From Rhodosorus marinus CCMP1338 (lineage: Eukaryota; Plantae; Rhodophyta), in assembly GCA_029953675.1 (NCBI GenBank), contig JAMWBK010000001.1, forward strand, positions 992,001 to 1,056,000: 64,000 nt of DNA, read 5' to 3'. This document shows positions 1-11,705 of the stretch, in pieces. The notes under the pieces were generated by a model. The model had not been told where the DNA came from, did no database searches, and worked only from the letters and a program-made list of their open reading frames with translations. The first letter of the stretch is position 1, and every line of letters starts with the position of its first letter. Both the position numbers and the translations under genes were made by a program.

Positions 1-2704
1 ACCTCGGAGCTGCCTTCGAGTGTTCGATCTCGAGTGGTTGTGTGGTCGTCGGCACTTGTTGCGATGACTCTGTTCGTTAATGGAATGACGATCAAGAGTG
101 TTCTGCACTTGCTCAAGCTTGATCGTGCAGATCCCGTCAAGGAGGTAGGTAAACCCACACTCGTTTGTTGAGTCCCGTTCCCGTTGGATTCCCGTACTCA
201 GTACGCCCACTGTTCTCGATGATTCTGGGTGCCACATGCTAGGAGTTCTTATGGAGGGCGCGGGCGACAATGTTGGAAAAGACGTTTGAAATTCTGGACG
301 TCGTTGCCATCGATGGAAACTCAAAGACGTGCTCTTGGTCTACAGTTGCGTCCGCGGTAAGTCTCCAAATCAAGATCTGCGGCGACCCCTTGTGGTCCAT
401 CAAGGAACTTTGAAGGGTTGCACCGGATTGTGTGTACCGATAGAAATGGGAACTCAGCGCATGATCGGTGCAGTGGGCGAGCACCTGCTGGCATGGGTCT
501 TGCCAAAGAATATTTGGACCAAAAACGAGCTTACTTTCATTTGGCCTTGAACGAATCAGGTTGCACCCAAATCGTGGATCACGGATATCGGAAGAGTCCA
601 GCGGGCGTTGGAAAGCTCTATGGACGTGGGTCGAGCCTCGACCCTGTCGTCCTACAGACCATCACCTGAAAACCACATGGGAGGTGCTCGTCGGTCTATT
701 TCGAGGTCAGTTACCGGTCGCAGCAGTATAGCCCTTTCTCGTCCATCCGCGGAGGCAGCGCGTCTCTCCAGGACGAGCTTCGTCGCTTCCAACTCTGACG
801 CCTCGTCAGTGGGGCGTATTTCCGGAGCATATGTAAGAGGGCCCAGCGATATGGAAGTTCTCGCAGCCAGGCGTGGTTCTGCCGTGGGTCTGGTGGGCTT
901 CACGGCGGAATCAAAGGCTCGATTGGTCCATGAACTCGAAGAGGAGGTCGGACATCTACAAATTAACCAAGAGATAGGAGAGGCGATTGACGTTGAAGTT
1001 CGGAGAAGGGTGCTCACCTCTCTCTTGTCTGTACTTCGCGAGACCTACGCGACATCAGTCTCCAATTACGTGTTCGTATCCGCGCTGACGGAGGACATAA
1101 AGGATGCCCTGGACGCAAACGACGAAGGAGAGGTGTACGAACTGTTCCAGTTTCTCCTCGACAACCCCACGAAACTGCCCATACCCGACTGGATGGACAA
1201 GAGCTTAAAATGGTTCCACGACAGGTTCGACAAGCTCATGGTAAGATTATTTTCGAAGTCGCGGTATCAGTCGCGAATTGTTCTTGCGACTATGATTTCG
1301 AGTGCTCTTCGGCATGTACTGTGTGAAACGTATCTCCAGCAGTCGGATATCGTCCTTGAGGAGATGAAATCGCTGTACGAAATAACTAGCAGCTATCTCG
1401 CTCAACTTGAGGCAGCCATACCGGACGAATTCGCTCGAGTACAGACCAAGTCGGTAATCGAGCTCGTTTTTCAGAGACAGGCTGCATGCCTGGAAGCGTT
1501 CCGTAGAGAGGGCTCGATTGACATGGAGGAATTCGAGGAAATACATGAAGAGCTCCTGGAATTGCAGCGGAAATACTTCCTGCATACCTCCAAAATCGTC
1601 CGGAATGTGCAAGAGAAGGAGGAAAAGGACAAGTACCTGCTCAAGAGGCTGCCAATTTTCAATGCTTTGGATACGGAGATATTTAACACCTCCGTGTTGG
1701 AGAAAGGGAGATTCGCACATTTGGGGAAAGGTGAACAGGTTCCTGTAAGTGGGGATGCTGTCGTGTTTGTCTTACGCGGAGCTGTGCGAATTGAGAAATC
1801 AGCGACCTGTGCTATTGGTGATATGGGTCACTCTGTTAGTCTGCCATCAGTGATTGATGTCAAGACGAATGTGGACAGCCTCCCGCTCCATATGTGCTTT
1901 CAGAAATATAGTGTTGTCTTGCCCGTGGACTTCTTTGCGGAGTCTTCTCACAAGCTACCCGCGCTTTCGACTTGCCACATTATTGGGGGAGCGTCTGTGT
2001 TCATACTCCCAGGTCAACAAGCGCGTGAGCTCTCATTGGCCTATGAGTGGTTCAGATCCGAACTTGCGAAACACATTGTCCGGCTGATAATGTTCGGATA
2101 TTTAGCCCTGAAAAGCAACTGGATCCACAACTTTGCGGACAGCAGCAATAGTGGAGAGACTCCAGTTGAAGTCGCCACGCACATCTTGCAGACCCTCCCT
2201 TACTGTTCTCTTGTCGGTCTCACGAGGAAGCACGGCGCAGCACGAGTGCAGGGACCTGGTGTACTGCTTCAGGGCAAGCTTACCGTTTCGCGGAAGGATC
2301 TCCAATCGTACCTGCTTGATAGCGAGGACACCGAGATAGTCGAGGAGTTGGAGGCACCGGCGATACTCCCGCCAGGACTTTTGAGTGTCGAACTAGTTGA
2401 GTCCGAGGACTCGGACGAACTGGAGACGGCAGAGATGATGGTCCAGGACCTTGCATCTCCTCAGGTCATTGCGGAGGATAGAATACTCCGGTGGACAGGT
2501 CCCCCTTATGTTGTTGATGAGAATGGGCGGTTTGGGTTCCACAAGCACTTTGAGCAAGCGTGCGGAGAGATTTCACGCAAGCATACAGCTCTCTCGAACT
2601 CTGGAAAAATCAACCTGGAGGGTCTGAGCCGGGCTACGTCAGAGGATTCAGAGGATTCAGAGGATTCGGGACCAAAGAAAAACGATCATGGCGTTGCCTT
2701 TTGA
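1..2704 (+). CDS. SOS1: SOS1-like plasma-membrane Na+/H+ antiporter, 5'-partial (last TM helix, cytosolic helical domain, cNMP-binding-like domain)
   Basis: Frame 1 from base 1 reads ...VAMTLFVNGMTIKSVLHLLKLD, the last TM of CPA1/SOS1. Intron 145-242 (GTAGGT..CTAG), exon 243-356 EFLWRARATMLEK..., donor GTAAGT at 357, probable acceptor at 559 (uncertain), then the long ORF to the stop at 2704. IPDEFARVQTKSVIELVF...EGSIDMEEFEEIHEEL and LLKRLPIFNALD resemble the SOS1 cytosolic and CNB-like regions. Confidence 0.82.
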
Positions 2705-2992
2705 GTAGAATTTTGACGGCCTGTCTGACACAGAACGATTTGTTTACACTGCAGCTCGTAGTGGGTCGACTGGGCGCTCAGCTGAGTGTACGCCGGGCTC
2801 TGCGTTCTAATTTCAGCTGCTCGTAGGTGCTGCTGCGCGTTCCATGCTACGAAGGACACGTCCCGCAGCACGATAGCACGTCGGGTTCATTTAGCTGAGG
2901 CGGAAGGATGTTCGGATAGTTTACTTCTCACATATTTAAAAAGTTGAAAACCTTTCTGACAGAGAAATGACCAAAGGACCAGCAGCGTAGTA

Positions 2993-5808
2993 TCATTTTC
3001 GGCCCTTTTTCCTGCCTTGGCGTCCAGCTTTCTGAATACCGCGCCTGTCCGCTTTCATTCTGCGGTCTACGTACTTGGTTCTTGCACCCTTGCTGGAACT
3101 GCCACCCACTACTTTTTTCTGGCCTCTGCCGGTTGCCACCACATACTGCTTGCCTTCGTCTTTCTTTGCTTTCCCTCCTTTTCTTATCAGCGATTCAATG
3201 GCTTTGATCTTCGATGCGTTGCTCGAGTCACCTTCTTCAGCTACAGCGCTCATCTTCTGCTTCAGTTTTTCCAGTCTGCGTTCCTCTCTCATTCGCTTGC
3301 GCCCTTTCGCTTCTCGTTCCTTCTTGGACGGACGTCCTTCGAGCATCCTGAGCCTGCCGACGGAGGAGTGTTTCGTATATTTCAAATCAGTGGACTTGGT
3401 GAGATGTTCACTACGGCCGTTGACATTTACATACCTGGCCTTCATTTCCTCGACCTCCTCCTTCGTGGCAGGAATGATGCGCTGCCTGCTTCGCTCGTCT
3501 TCATCCACGAACCAGTTGGGCAGACTGCTGGGGTCATCAAAAGCATATCGATTGTATGCATCATCCACAAGCGCATGCCTGTCTCTTCTCTTCATGAGCT
3601 TCATCTTGGCAGCCGAAGCCACAATTTCGGCTCGGGCTTTTTCGTCGTACGCGCTGAGATCAAACCCATCTTCTCCATCATCCACGTTAGACCCTGCTTC
3701 CTGTTGAAATCCTGATGAGACTGTCTTATCGACTGTTCAGAAACGACAGAAAGCCAAGGGAAACAAATCAGGAGAGCACGGTCAGACTCGAGTCGGCCAA
3801 ATTCCGACGGGGTCCAATCCGAACGTGGTGATGGGGCATTACCTCCTCTCTTCCGCTTCTTCTCGGAAGAGTTTGTCGTTCTTACTTCACTCTCTTCTAT
3901 CTCGCTAACTGGCTCCAAAATGCTCTTGAGGAGCGGCTGAGTGAACCAGATATTGGCCTGCCTTTCACTTTTTCCCTGAGAAGGCATGGTTTCTGCTCCA
4001 TGATAAACTAGCGATTCCGAATCGGAATCGGAAGCTGAGGAGCTTTCAGAGTCCTCATCATTCAACCTCGAGCGCTTGATCTCTTCAAAAGTGCTGGATT
4101 CGGTATTCTCTGGGTCAGCTTGAGTCTTCTCCTTTTTCTGCTTCACCTTCCTGCGGGACTGGTACTCGCTATAGAGGTAGTCAAGCTGCTTCTCAAGCTC
4201 GTCCTCATAGTTGCTTGTAGATTGATTCCTATCCGCTGCTTCCGATCTTAAGAGGGACCCTGATATGTGATCCTCTGTCAACGCCAAAGCTTCAGCGCCG
4301 GGAGCATCGACATCCACAAGAGTCTCTTTCGCTAATTTGTTCGCTTTTGAGAAGCTAAAACCGTCCATTTCGTCCTCGGGTCCTATGCTATCCCCAGGCA
4401 TGTCCATCTTCAAATCAATCCGCATTTGCGCTTTGGTTCGGAGTTTAGCTTTTCTTTTCTTGGATCGTTTCTCTTTCGCCATCAGGATTTTCCTCTTCTC
4501 CTCAATTTCTTGACGCAACCTCTCGTCCTCGTCTTCGTCATCGACGTTATCTTCGCTTCTCGCGGCCTGTTTCTCTCCTGCTGTCTCATGACCGTCTCCC
4601 TGGTGGGACTTCTGACCATCTCGGTTCAGCAGTTGATTTCTGGCCCTACCTCTCCACTTCAGCAGTGCCTTGAAGTCCTTTTTCGATAGAACCTTGAGAT
4701 CAGCGCAGGCAGCTCTAACCTGCGAGCCCAATTTCAACGGGACAAGGAATAACAACTACGTCAAAAAACAAGCATCCGAAATCATGTTGTGACCATCCAC
4801 AAACCTCATCGTCGGTCTCGTGCAAAGCAGAGATGAAGGCAACGTCTTCGTTTTGCTCATCGAATTCGAACTCTGTGTACTTGTTCAGAAACTCCAGAGC
4901 CTCATCGGTACGCACAAAATCCGCAACGGAACATTTACGGAATAAGGTTGACACTCCATCCTCGTATCCCTCCCGATTTCGGTTCTTTTTGGTATTGTCA
5001 GGTAGCCTTGGGCGTTCAGTAGACTCCTTTATCTCCATTGTTTTGAAGACTGTCTTCGGGTCAAGCAGCTGAGGGTCGATTCGCTTAGGGGCCTTGTATC
5101 CAGTGCACACGACATAAATTTCGGCCGATTCCGCGCGAGAAGCAGTCGGCTTTGTTGCACGGACATTTGCAAAGAACTGATTCATCACGTACAACAACGT
5201 GTTGTAGTCATTTGAGCGGAATACCTATTTGTTGGTGTGGCGGAAGACGACCTCGCTTTAGCAATCGCTTCTCAGTCCCGACAATCCCCAGACCATTTTA
5301 TGATAGCTCAAACCTTGGTCACGAAACCCCCGCCCTTGACAAGAAACTCAGTTGCGAGCCTAAGAGCTGAAAGCGTCAGATCAGCCTGCGTATACGCATC
5401 CTGGAGCCACGATGTTCCCATGTTAGGAGACCCATCGTTCAAGACGACATCCACCTTCCCATCGCCATAAGAACCCGGATGTTCTTTCAGCTCTCTCCTC
5501 AGAGCGGTTCTACATGCATCCTTTGTAATGTCCTCAGTAACACTGATAACATTCGGAATCGGTCTGATAGGAACCAGGTCTACCCCGATACACGGAGCAG
5601 AAAGGGGAATGTACTTTCTCGCAACCTGAAGCCATCCGCCTGGCGCTGCGCACAAATCCAATACTCCCCTAGCCGCTCCAGACAGGAAATCGTACCTCTT
5701 ATTCAGCTGAACGAGCTTGAACGATGCTCGCGAGCGAAACCCCTGCTCTTTCGCGAGCTGGTAGAACTTATCCTTCCGATTCTTACCAACCTTTCCCTTC
5801 TTCCCCAT
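2993..5808 (-). CDS. SPB1: AdoMet-dependent 27S pre-rRNA 2'-O-methyltransferase SPB1/FTSJ3; exons 5808-5314, 5224-4805, 4719-3843, 3732-3435, 3353-2993
   Basis: FtsJ motifs [50 protein letters not shown]; Spb1 C-terminal [13 protein letters not shown] and [13 protein letters not shown]. Four GT-AG introns (5225-5313, 4720-4804, 3733-3842, 3354-3434) join the ORF-track pieces in frame. Confidence 0.96.
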
Positions 5809-6718
5809 TGTCCCTCAAAATTCGAGTCTTTCCCAGGACAGGTTTCTAACTGTGCAACTTGTTTTCGTACGCTCTCTCTCTCCTCCTTTCTCTCCCCCAC
5901 CCCCCCGGATCGACCGTCTCTGCCGCGAAAGGCCGAACCAACATTTTCCATGCTTGAACCGGATTTGACGAAACCGAGCAAAATTAGGACACGCGATAAT
6001 TTTTTATTGGATAAAATTTTCTTACATCAAATTACATACTACCACGTGTCTCATTTTTGCTGGGCGTAAGTCCTGGTCGCACGCCGCGGAGGAGAGCAGA
6101 CCAGCGTAGCCGTAAACTTTACTGCGCAGCTGCCTACTGCAGCGTATCACTAGTTCTACTACTATCTAGGGAAACGCTTACGCTAACCCCGCTACCGGGG
6201 TCTCATGCTACGACAAAACGAAAAACAGGGACCAGTGGCTTCGCCAACTGGTCCACTCGCAGAGCGCCCAACGCTATCTCCGCGTTCCCCTGCCATAATT
6301 TGCGGTTGATCTGAGCCCGAACATCGCTCAGTTCTAAGCTCCGGTGCAACAAATGCTTGCAGCTATCTCGTAGAAATTCTTGGGCCATTTGTCCTGTACG
6401 CCCAAAGCTCTCGATCGCAATGGGAATGAGCTTGTCGTCTGGCTTATTTTAGATATATGACACAGATGCGCGGTCAGCGGTTTACGTTGCCGCTAAAATG
6501 CCATCTGGATGGGGCTACAACTCGGATGGAAGTCATGCGTTTTTGGAAAAGAACTCCTTCGGAAAAAGAAGATCACTGAGGGACGTGCTGCTGACGGACA
6601 CGAAGGCACGAAGAAACCACCCTCTATTCGCACCCTCTATTCGCATACGTTGGATACGGTCTTTTGCGTGGGTTTTGACAAGGCGAATGTTCTCAGAGTT
6701 GAGGGAGTACGATCTACT

Positions 6719-7009
6719 AAATACGTGAATCGGAGTGGGTCGGAGAATGGATATGCAGCGAAACGAGCGGAGAGGTGGAAAATGGCACATTACAAAGAGG
6801 CGATGTCAGTGGAGAAACCACACGACAAGCTCATTCCCACTGCGATCGAGAGCTTTGGGCGTACAAAGCTTTGGGCGTACACGACAAATGGGAATGAGCT
6901 TGTCGTCTGGCTTCTCCACTGACATCGCCTCTTTGTAATGTGCCATTTTCCACCTCTCCGCTCGTTTCGCTGCATATCCATTCTCTGACCCACTCCGATT
7001 CACGTATTT
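6719..7009. repeat. Long inverted repeat: 121-bp arms (6719-6839 / 6889-7009), 49-nt loop
   Basis: Arms are reverse complements with 3 mismatches by eye. The loop contains AGCTTTGGGCGTAC twice. A 27-bp direct repeat (6419-6445 / 6887-6913) brackets the inserted block. Confidence 0.95.
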
Positions 7010-7253
7010 CTCCTGCAGTGGCGATGTAACCGTCACATCCAGCGCATACCTTTGGAACGTCCTGGGATGAGTGGCAATGATGTTGGGCTACAACGAAAGG
7101 CAAAGGATCGCCCCAGAGGATATCCCAGCCCAGACGCTGCAACGGGCCATACAACAGATCATCAGGATTCGCTCGAGGCTCGGAAAGAGATATCTGTCGT
7201 TCTCTACTCTCGCAGCCATCCATGAAACGCTGGAAGAGCGTAACCGTGAACGC

Positions 7254-7447
7254 CTTAGGACCAGCTGGAGAATCCACCGGAATCTGGTTTTTGTCCTTTG
7301 AACGAATCATGAAATCCAGATAGCGGGGCTACCGTAGAAGGTTCACTTAGACAGTGACCGTACGGGCGCTGCAGTAGGGAGCCGCCCAGCAAAGGCTACG
7401 ATTTGAGTTGGGTTTGCGTTTCGTTAGTCTCTAACGTTAGAGACTAA
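7254..7447 (+). mobile_element. 5'-truncated family C-like 3' end nested antisense in the older copy, 15-bp TSD
   Basis: CGTAACCGTGAACGC at 7239-7253 and 7448-7462. The insert is homologous to the minus-strand 6118-6260 3' end (23/27 identity at 7367-7393 vs 6118-6144) and ends in a perfect 28-bp palindrome at 7422-7449. Confidence 0.72.
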
Positions 7448-8104
7448 CGTAACCGTGAACGCTTTGCTAACAGAACCCCTAGTGAAGCCCCTAGTGGGTT
7501 AAGGAGGTTATCGATGTGTTGTTAGGGAACCCTATGTCGCTACGTTCGACCATGGGTAGCTTCGTCGAAGGCTTGTTTGTCGGTGCGACGAGCCTTTGCG
7601 GCCAGGAGCGACATTGCCTTTGCATACAGTCCGCTTAAGCGTAGCCCGTGCTTGGGCGCTGAGTTGCACTGCAAGGTGCTGTAGATGGACAGTCACCTCA
7701 AGCAGGAACTCATCCGCTTCCGCTTCCCTTGCCTAGTCGCCGGAAGGTCTCCATGCAGAAGGGCACGAAGACGTCATGGGTATTGTCGTCGATCGCGTCG
7801 CGATATTTCGACAGTTTGAATTTCTCAGCTTCGTACGCCGCATGTCAACCCCAGAGGCTCTGCGTCTGCTTATGCATTCTGTTCTTTTATGCTTGCGTCA
7901 ATGTTATGGACTTAGCATTGAGGATGTTGTGCGAGTCTTGCATCCAACGATGGCTGCTCGTCGGACCTACGTGCTTTGGAAGATGGCCAAACGCAAGGAC
8001 CCTGCCGAGAGCGGGTTTGGAGACCCATTCTGAATTCGCCGGCAGAGTACAGTTTTGCTATTCTCGATTTGCTCTTTACCTCAAAATATCTGCAATAATC
8101 AAAA

Positions 8105-9145
8105 CTAACAGACAACAGCTGGAACAAGCGCTTGCTCGCTATAACTTGCGAGTATGTCCGACCAGCTAGGAGCGGACATTCTACGAATGTCAACTCGGAA
8201 GGTGTACGTCTCCCCAGGGACGATTTCTCCAGTCTTCAACCTCATTCCCACGCTAGCTTCCCCAAAACCTGCGACGAGGTTTTTCGTTGATCGGCTCTTG
8301 ACCAGACTTCCACTTGAGTCGTAGACCTTCAGCTTGACCAGCACTGGACCGTCCGGAGCTTCATAGGAAACCTGGCGAGATACTCTCTCACACGTGTCAA
8401 TGCTCTCGGGGCTCGCGTCACTGAATTGCACCGAAAACTGATCTGGAGTTTCCACATCAGCAACACCGACGACGTTCATTTGCGCTCTATCGAACCGGGT
8501 CCTCGCGTTACCTCCCCTCGGCCTGATATCTACACGCGCGATTGCCTTCTTTCCGGCGGGTAAATTTAAGCCCTGGTTAGTGATCTTCGCCTGGATGACT
8601 GTCTCCACGTTCACTCCCTCAGGTATATTGACTCTTGCACTACCCAAATACACAGAGTCGGTCTCATCCTTTATGGCCACTACTATGTAGGAACTGACGG
8701 TGGTCGTGTAGACAATCTTCAGATCAACAAACTGCTGCTCTGCAGGAAGAGTGTTAAAGGGATCCTGATAGCGGATGCTTTCCACGACCGCAGTGTGTTC
8801 TCCTGACCTCGAAGCTGTAATGTTACCATCCTCATCCTCCAGCGTGTTGACCACATCGTAGACATCGTCCACCACTAGCTCCGGAAAATTGATGAAGACG
8901 GACTTGTCACCGGTGAAGGGGCCAGTAATTTCAATTTCTCCAATTCCGAGCACATCCCCATTCTCGTTCAGCAGCGTTGATTTCAGAGTTCTAGGACCAT
9001 CAGCGGTAACCTGTACATGCGAGATATAAGGGGCCCTCCAGCTGATCATGGTAGGTCTACCCGACACCCACTTCAAAAAATCTTCAGCCGAGACCGTGAC
9101 CGAGGCAACAGCCCAGAAGGTCAAAAGGGCCAACCCAATCCGCAT
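8105..9145 (-). CDS. Secreted protein, 346 aa, three tandem ~110-aa Ig/CBM-like beta-sandwich modules
   Basis: Signal peptide MRIGLALLTFWAVASVTVSA; intronless; internal repeats (..VDIRPRGG.., ..VDIRRMS..W); clear paralog at 13181-14212. Confidence 0.88.
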   Translation of the reverse strand: MRIGLALLTFWAVASVTVSAEDFLKWVSGRPTMISWRAPYISHVQVTADGPRTLKSTLLNENGDVLGIGEIEITGPFTGDKSVFINFPELVVDDVYDVVNTLEDEDGNITASRSGEHTAVVESIRYQDPFNTLPAEQQFVDLKIVYTTTVSSYIVVAIKDETDSVYLGSARVNIPEGVNVETVIQAKITNQGLNLPAGKKAIARVDIRPRGGNARTRFDRAQMNVVGVADVETPDQFSVQFSDASPESIDTCERVSRQVSYEAPDGPVLVKLKVYDSSGSLVKSRSTKNLVAGFGEASVGMRLKTGEIVPGETYTFRVDIRRMSAPSWSDILASYSEQALVPAVVC

Positions 9146-10138
9146 GATGCTTACTCACAGAGTATGAAAGACGTCGTCTTTCACTTCCTACTCAGCTTAA
9201 CCCTTGTTGCCCCGACACCCCCCCCGACAGCTGATCTTAAGACACTCTCTACAAGAGTAATCCTTTTGCCTCCTATGCACCTCCCGCAACGGTCTCACCT
9301 TCTCCAGTATATCATCATCCGTTCATTCACAGCGTAGCTAGCACGAATCGTAAGGTGGTAGAACAGGTGAAGAGATAGTCTATGCCCACTTGTGTTATAC
9401 GTGAGATCCCTTTCAACCCCTGATCGTCACTCTAACCAACCATGGTTGTTGGGACAGCTTAGTACATTAACCGAGTAAGTTGAATTTGATGCAGTTTTTG
9501 ATTTACTAGCTTCAACTCCTTGCAAAAGCTTCGGATAAATTGGAGCTCAGGTACTTCTTAACATTACACCTTATCAGGAACTTACATCGCCCTCTTTTCC
9601 CCGTCCAAAAACTCCATCAGAAGAACGAATGAGCGCGGGAGGGGATGGGATTCCATGATATTTTCAGTTTTTGGAGGCACTTTGTTTCCAACAAAAAAAT
9701 ACAAAGAGAAAATTTTCAGGCATTTTCTGTGTTGTGTGTGTAGATGCGTTGAGCCCCCCCCTTTTTTTCACGTTTTGTCAACACTTTTCTCCCCCGCCCG
9801 CGCGCCTCCTCGACTTTCTCTAGCAACTCCCGATTTCTTCGGTTAGAAATTAAGGTTTTCATATATCAGACGTTTGCGGGATCCGATAACACACCCAACT
9901 TGCTTCGTTTCTCAGCAAAAACAGATCATTCCATAAAAGCTTGTCCAGTACGGCCGACAATTTTCACATGTAAATCGACGATTTACTTGTTCAGTGATTG
10001 TTCATTTGCTGTGGCTCCGTCAGCTGTACGTATTCGGCTCTCGCGGTTCTTGGTAGGTTTGTCATGACGTTAACGTTTATCGGACGGTTCGGATAAACTT
10101 CGACGTGGATAGACTATTAAAAACCAGTATAAAAAGGG

Positions 10139-11239
10139 AGGGATGTCCAATAAACTTATTCGAAAAAACAGGTCCGATTGCCCGTCCGATAAACAGGTCC
10201 AATAAATCGTATAATATTCAATCAACGTTAGTCAATAATCAATCATCTCATCATCATCAGTTTACGAGAGCCCAACTACGCTGAGAAGCGAGAAACAAGA
10301 CGCTGATGACGCGCGTCGAACAATAAAGCCGCGTTGGAACGCCATAAGGTCAAGGACAGCTCCGTGAGGAGGCTATCAAGACGACTTGGGCTGTGACGAA
10401 AGAGCCCACGAAACCAGCGAGAGCCGACACAATCAACTAAACCAAGGCACTCGATGATGAGTGGAACAAACCGATAGGACAAGGCCGAATCGCGGAGCGT
10501 AGAGTCCAACATAGCTGCAGCGTACTGGGACTCCTTCAGTTGCCGCATTGACCGAGCCGCAGCGCCACGGCAGCGTGCAGATGCGGGTAGGTATCTGGTC
10601 GCCTGAGGGCAAGGAATAGAAAGGTCAACGTACTCACTCCGACGGGCGCTGAGATCAGTCACCACTAGATCCTCCACCCGCTGCACCCCTGGTGCGTCAG
10701 CCGTATCAGTAATTGCCGTGACCACGGGCAGAGGGACTTCATACTCCACCTCCCGGTCCGGGCCCAGCATCTGGGATCTCCTGTCCAGGTATTGAATCAT
10801 GATTACTTCTTGGTAGGACAAACTCTCAGTCGACAGGCTGTCATGCCTTTGTGATTTGTTGAGCATGCAAAAACCGCCTTTGGGATCCCCCGACGGAAAA
10901 GGTAGTCACAACCAGGCGCGGGTCGATGAACAAAAAATAAATTTAAAAAATAAAATAAAATAAAAAAAATCAAACCTTAGTCTGGTCGGCAAGCGACCAT
11001 GCACCGAAAAAGATGAAAAAATCATTGAAAAAATATCGGACGCAATCGGTCGTTATCGGACCATTTAACGAAAAATATTTTTTGTTTTATATTCAGGTCT
11101 GATAAACTCATATCGGACGGGGTCCACAGAAAATACCTTCCATTATTACTATATAGAGCTCCGAAAACAGTTTATCGGACAGTCCGATATTTATTGCTCG
11201 CGATCGGACGGTTTTTTATCGGACAGAGATGACAACCCT
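10139..11239. mobile_element. Non-autonomous DNA element (MITE/hAT-like), copy 1, interrupted by a retroelement
   Basis: Terminal AGGGATGTC (10139-10147) and GACAACCCT (11231-11239) are inverted at 8/9. Clustered GTCCGAT / ATCGGAC motifs point inward from each end. Homologous to 25150-25638. No TSD was found. Confidence 0.6.
10250..10775 (-). mobile_element. 5'-truncated RLE-type non-LTR retrotransposon fragment (family A-related) with a (TGA)n tail
   Basis: Encodes EDLVVTD..YVDLSIPCP..KESQY..FVPLIIECLG..LWRSNA. ATCTC is duplicated at 10245-10249 and 10776-10780, and the equivalent site is empty in the 25.2-kb MITE copy. Confidence 0.85.
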
Positions 11240-11269
11240 TTGCTTGGGTATGCGCCAATTTCTGACTTA

Positions 11270-11578
11270 GTTGAAGAAAATATGCTAGGGGTTTGTCTTC
11301 CACAGGCATTCGTGCTTCGGCTCTAGAGCATCGCCCGGTGCCCGGTACCTCTGGTCATTCAAGTGCTGTGGGTTCATGGATTCCGTTCGTTGGTTTCGGG
11401 AATATAGTTCCGCGAACGTCCTGACCGTTTGTCCTCGTTGTTGACCCATTTTAAGCTTCTTGCTGTGGCGGATGCACGCAGCTTTGATGTTGGAGGCGCA
11501 CGATCTTCGCCGCGCCTAGTCTTTTTATTCCTTTCGGGTTTTTTTGGTTCAGTCTCCGATTAAAGAAATTCATTCAAT
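11270..11578 (+). mobile_element. Family A retroelement 3' end (degenerate)
   Basis: RLE C-terminal remnant (GIRASALEHR, FRERPDRLSS) plus the family A 3' UTR ending CAGTCTCCGATTAAA..ATTCATTCAAT, as at 60410-60480. Confidence 0.85.
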
Positions 11579-11705
11579 TGAAGAATGCATAGATTTCAAT
11601 GTTTTGGATGCCCTATTGGCCTCATCTGCTAAGCCATAGCCCCTGCCGTTCCAACCGGCGCATCCAGATTCTGATGCCCCAAGTGGTTGCCCCAATGCTT
11701 GATGT

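Larger units (their letters stand above)
6100..8030 (-). mobile_element. Degenerate 5'-truncated RLE-type non-LTR retrotransposon (family C)
   Basis: Minus-strand remnants: PLSAGSLRL..RRAAIVG (post-RT, ~7950-8020), PNIIATHPRTFQRYALDVTVTSP...RAERWKMAHY...LIPIAIESFGR (RLE motifs, 7090-6390) and AQEFLR..INRKLWQGNA (C-terminus). Stops and frameshifts are present; the 3' end is near 6100. Confidence 0.7.

Noticed and set aside
7776-8033. Small plus-strand gene MGIVVDR...
   Set aside because: It overlaps the antisense of decayed family C post-RT sequence and has no independent support.
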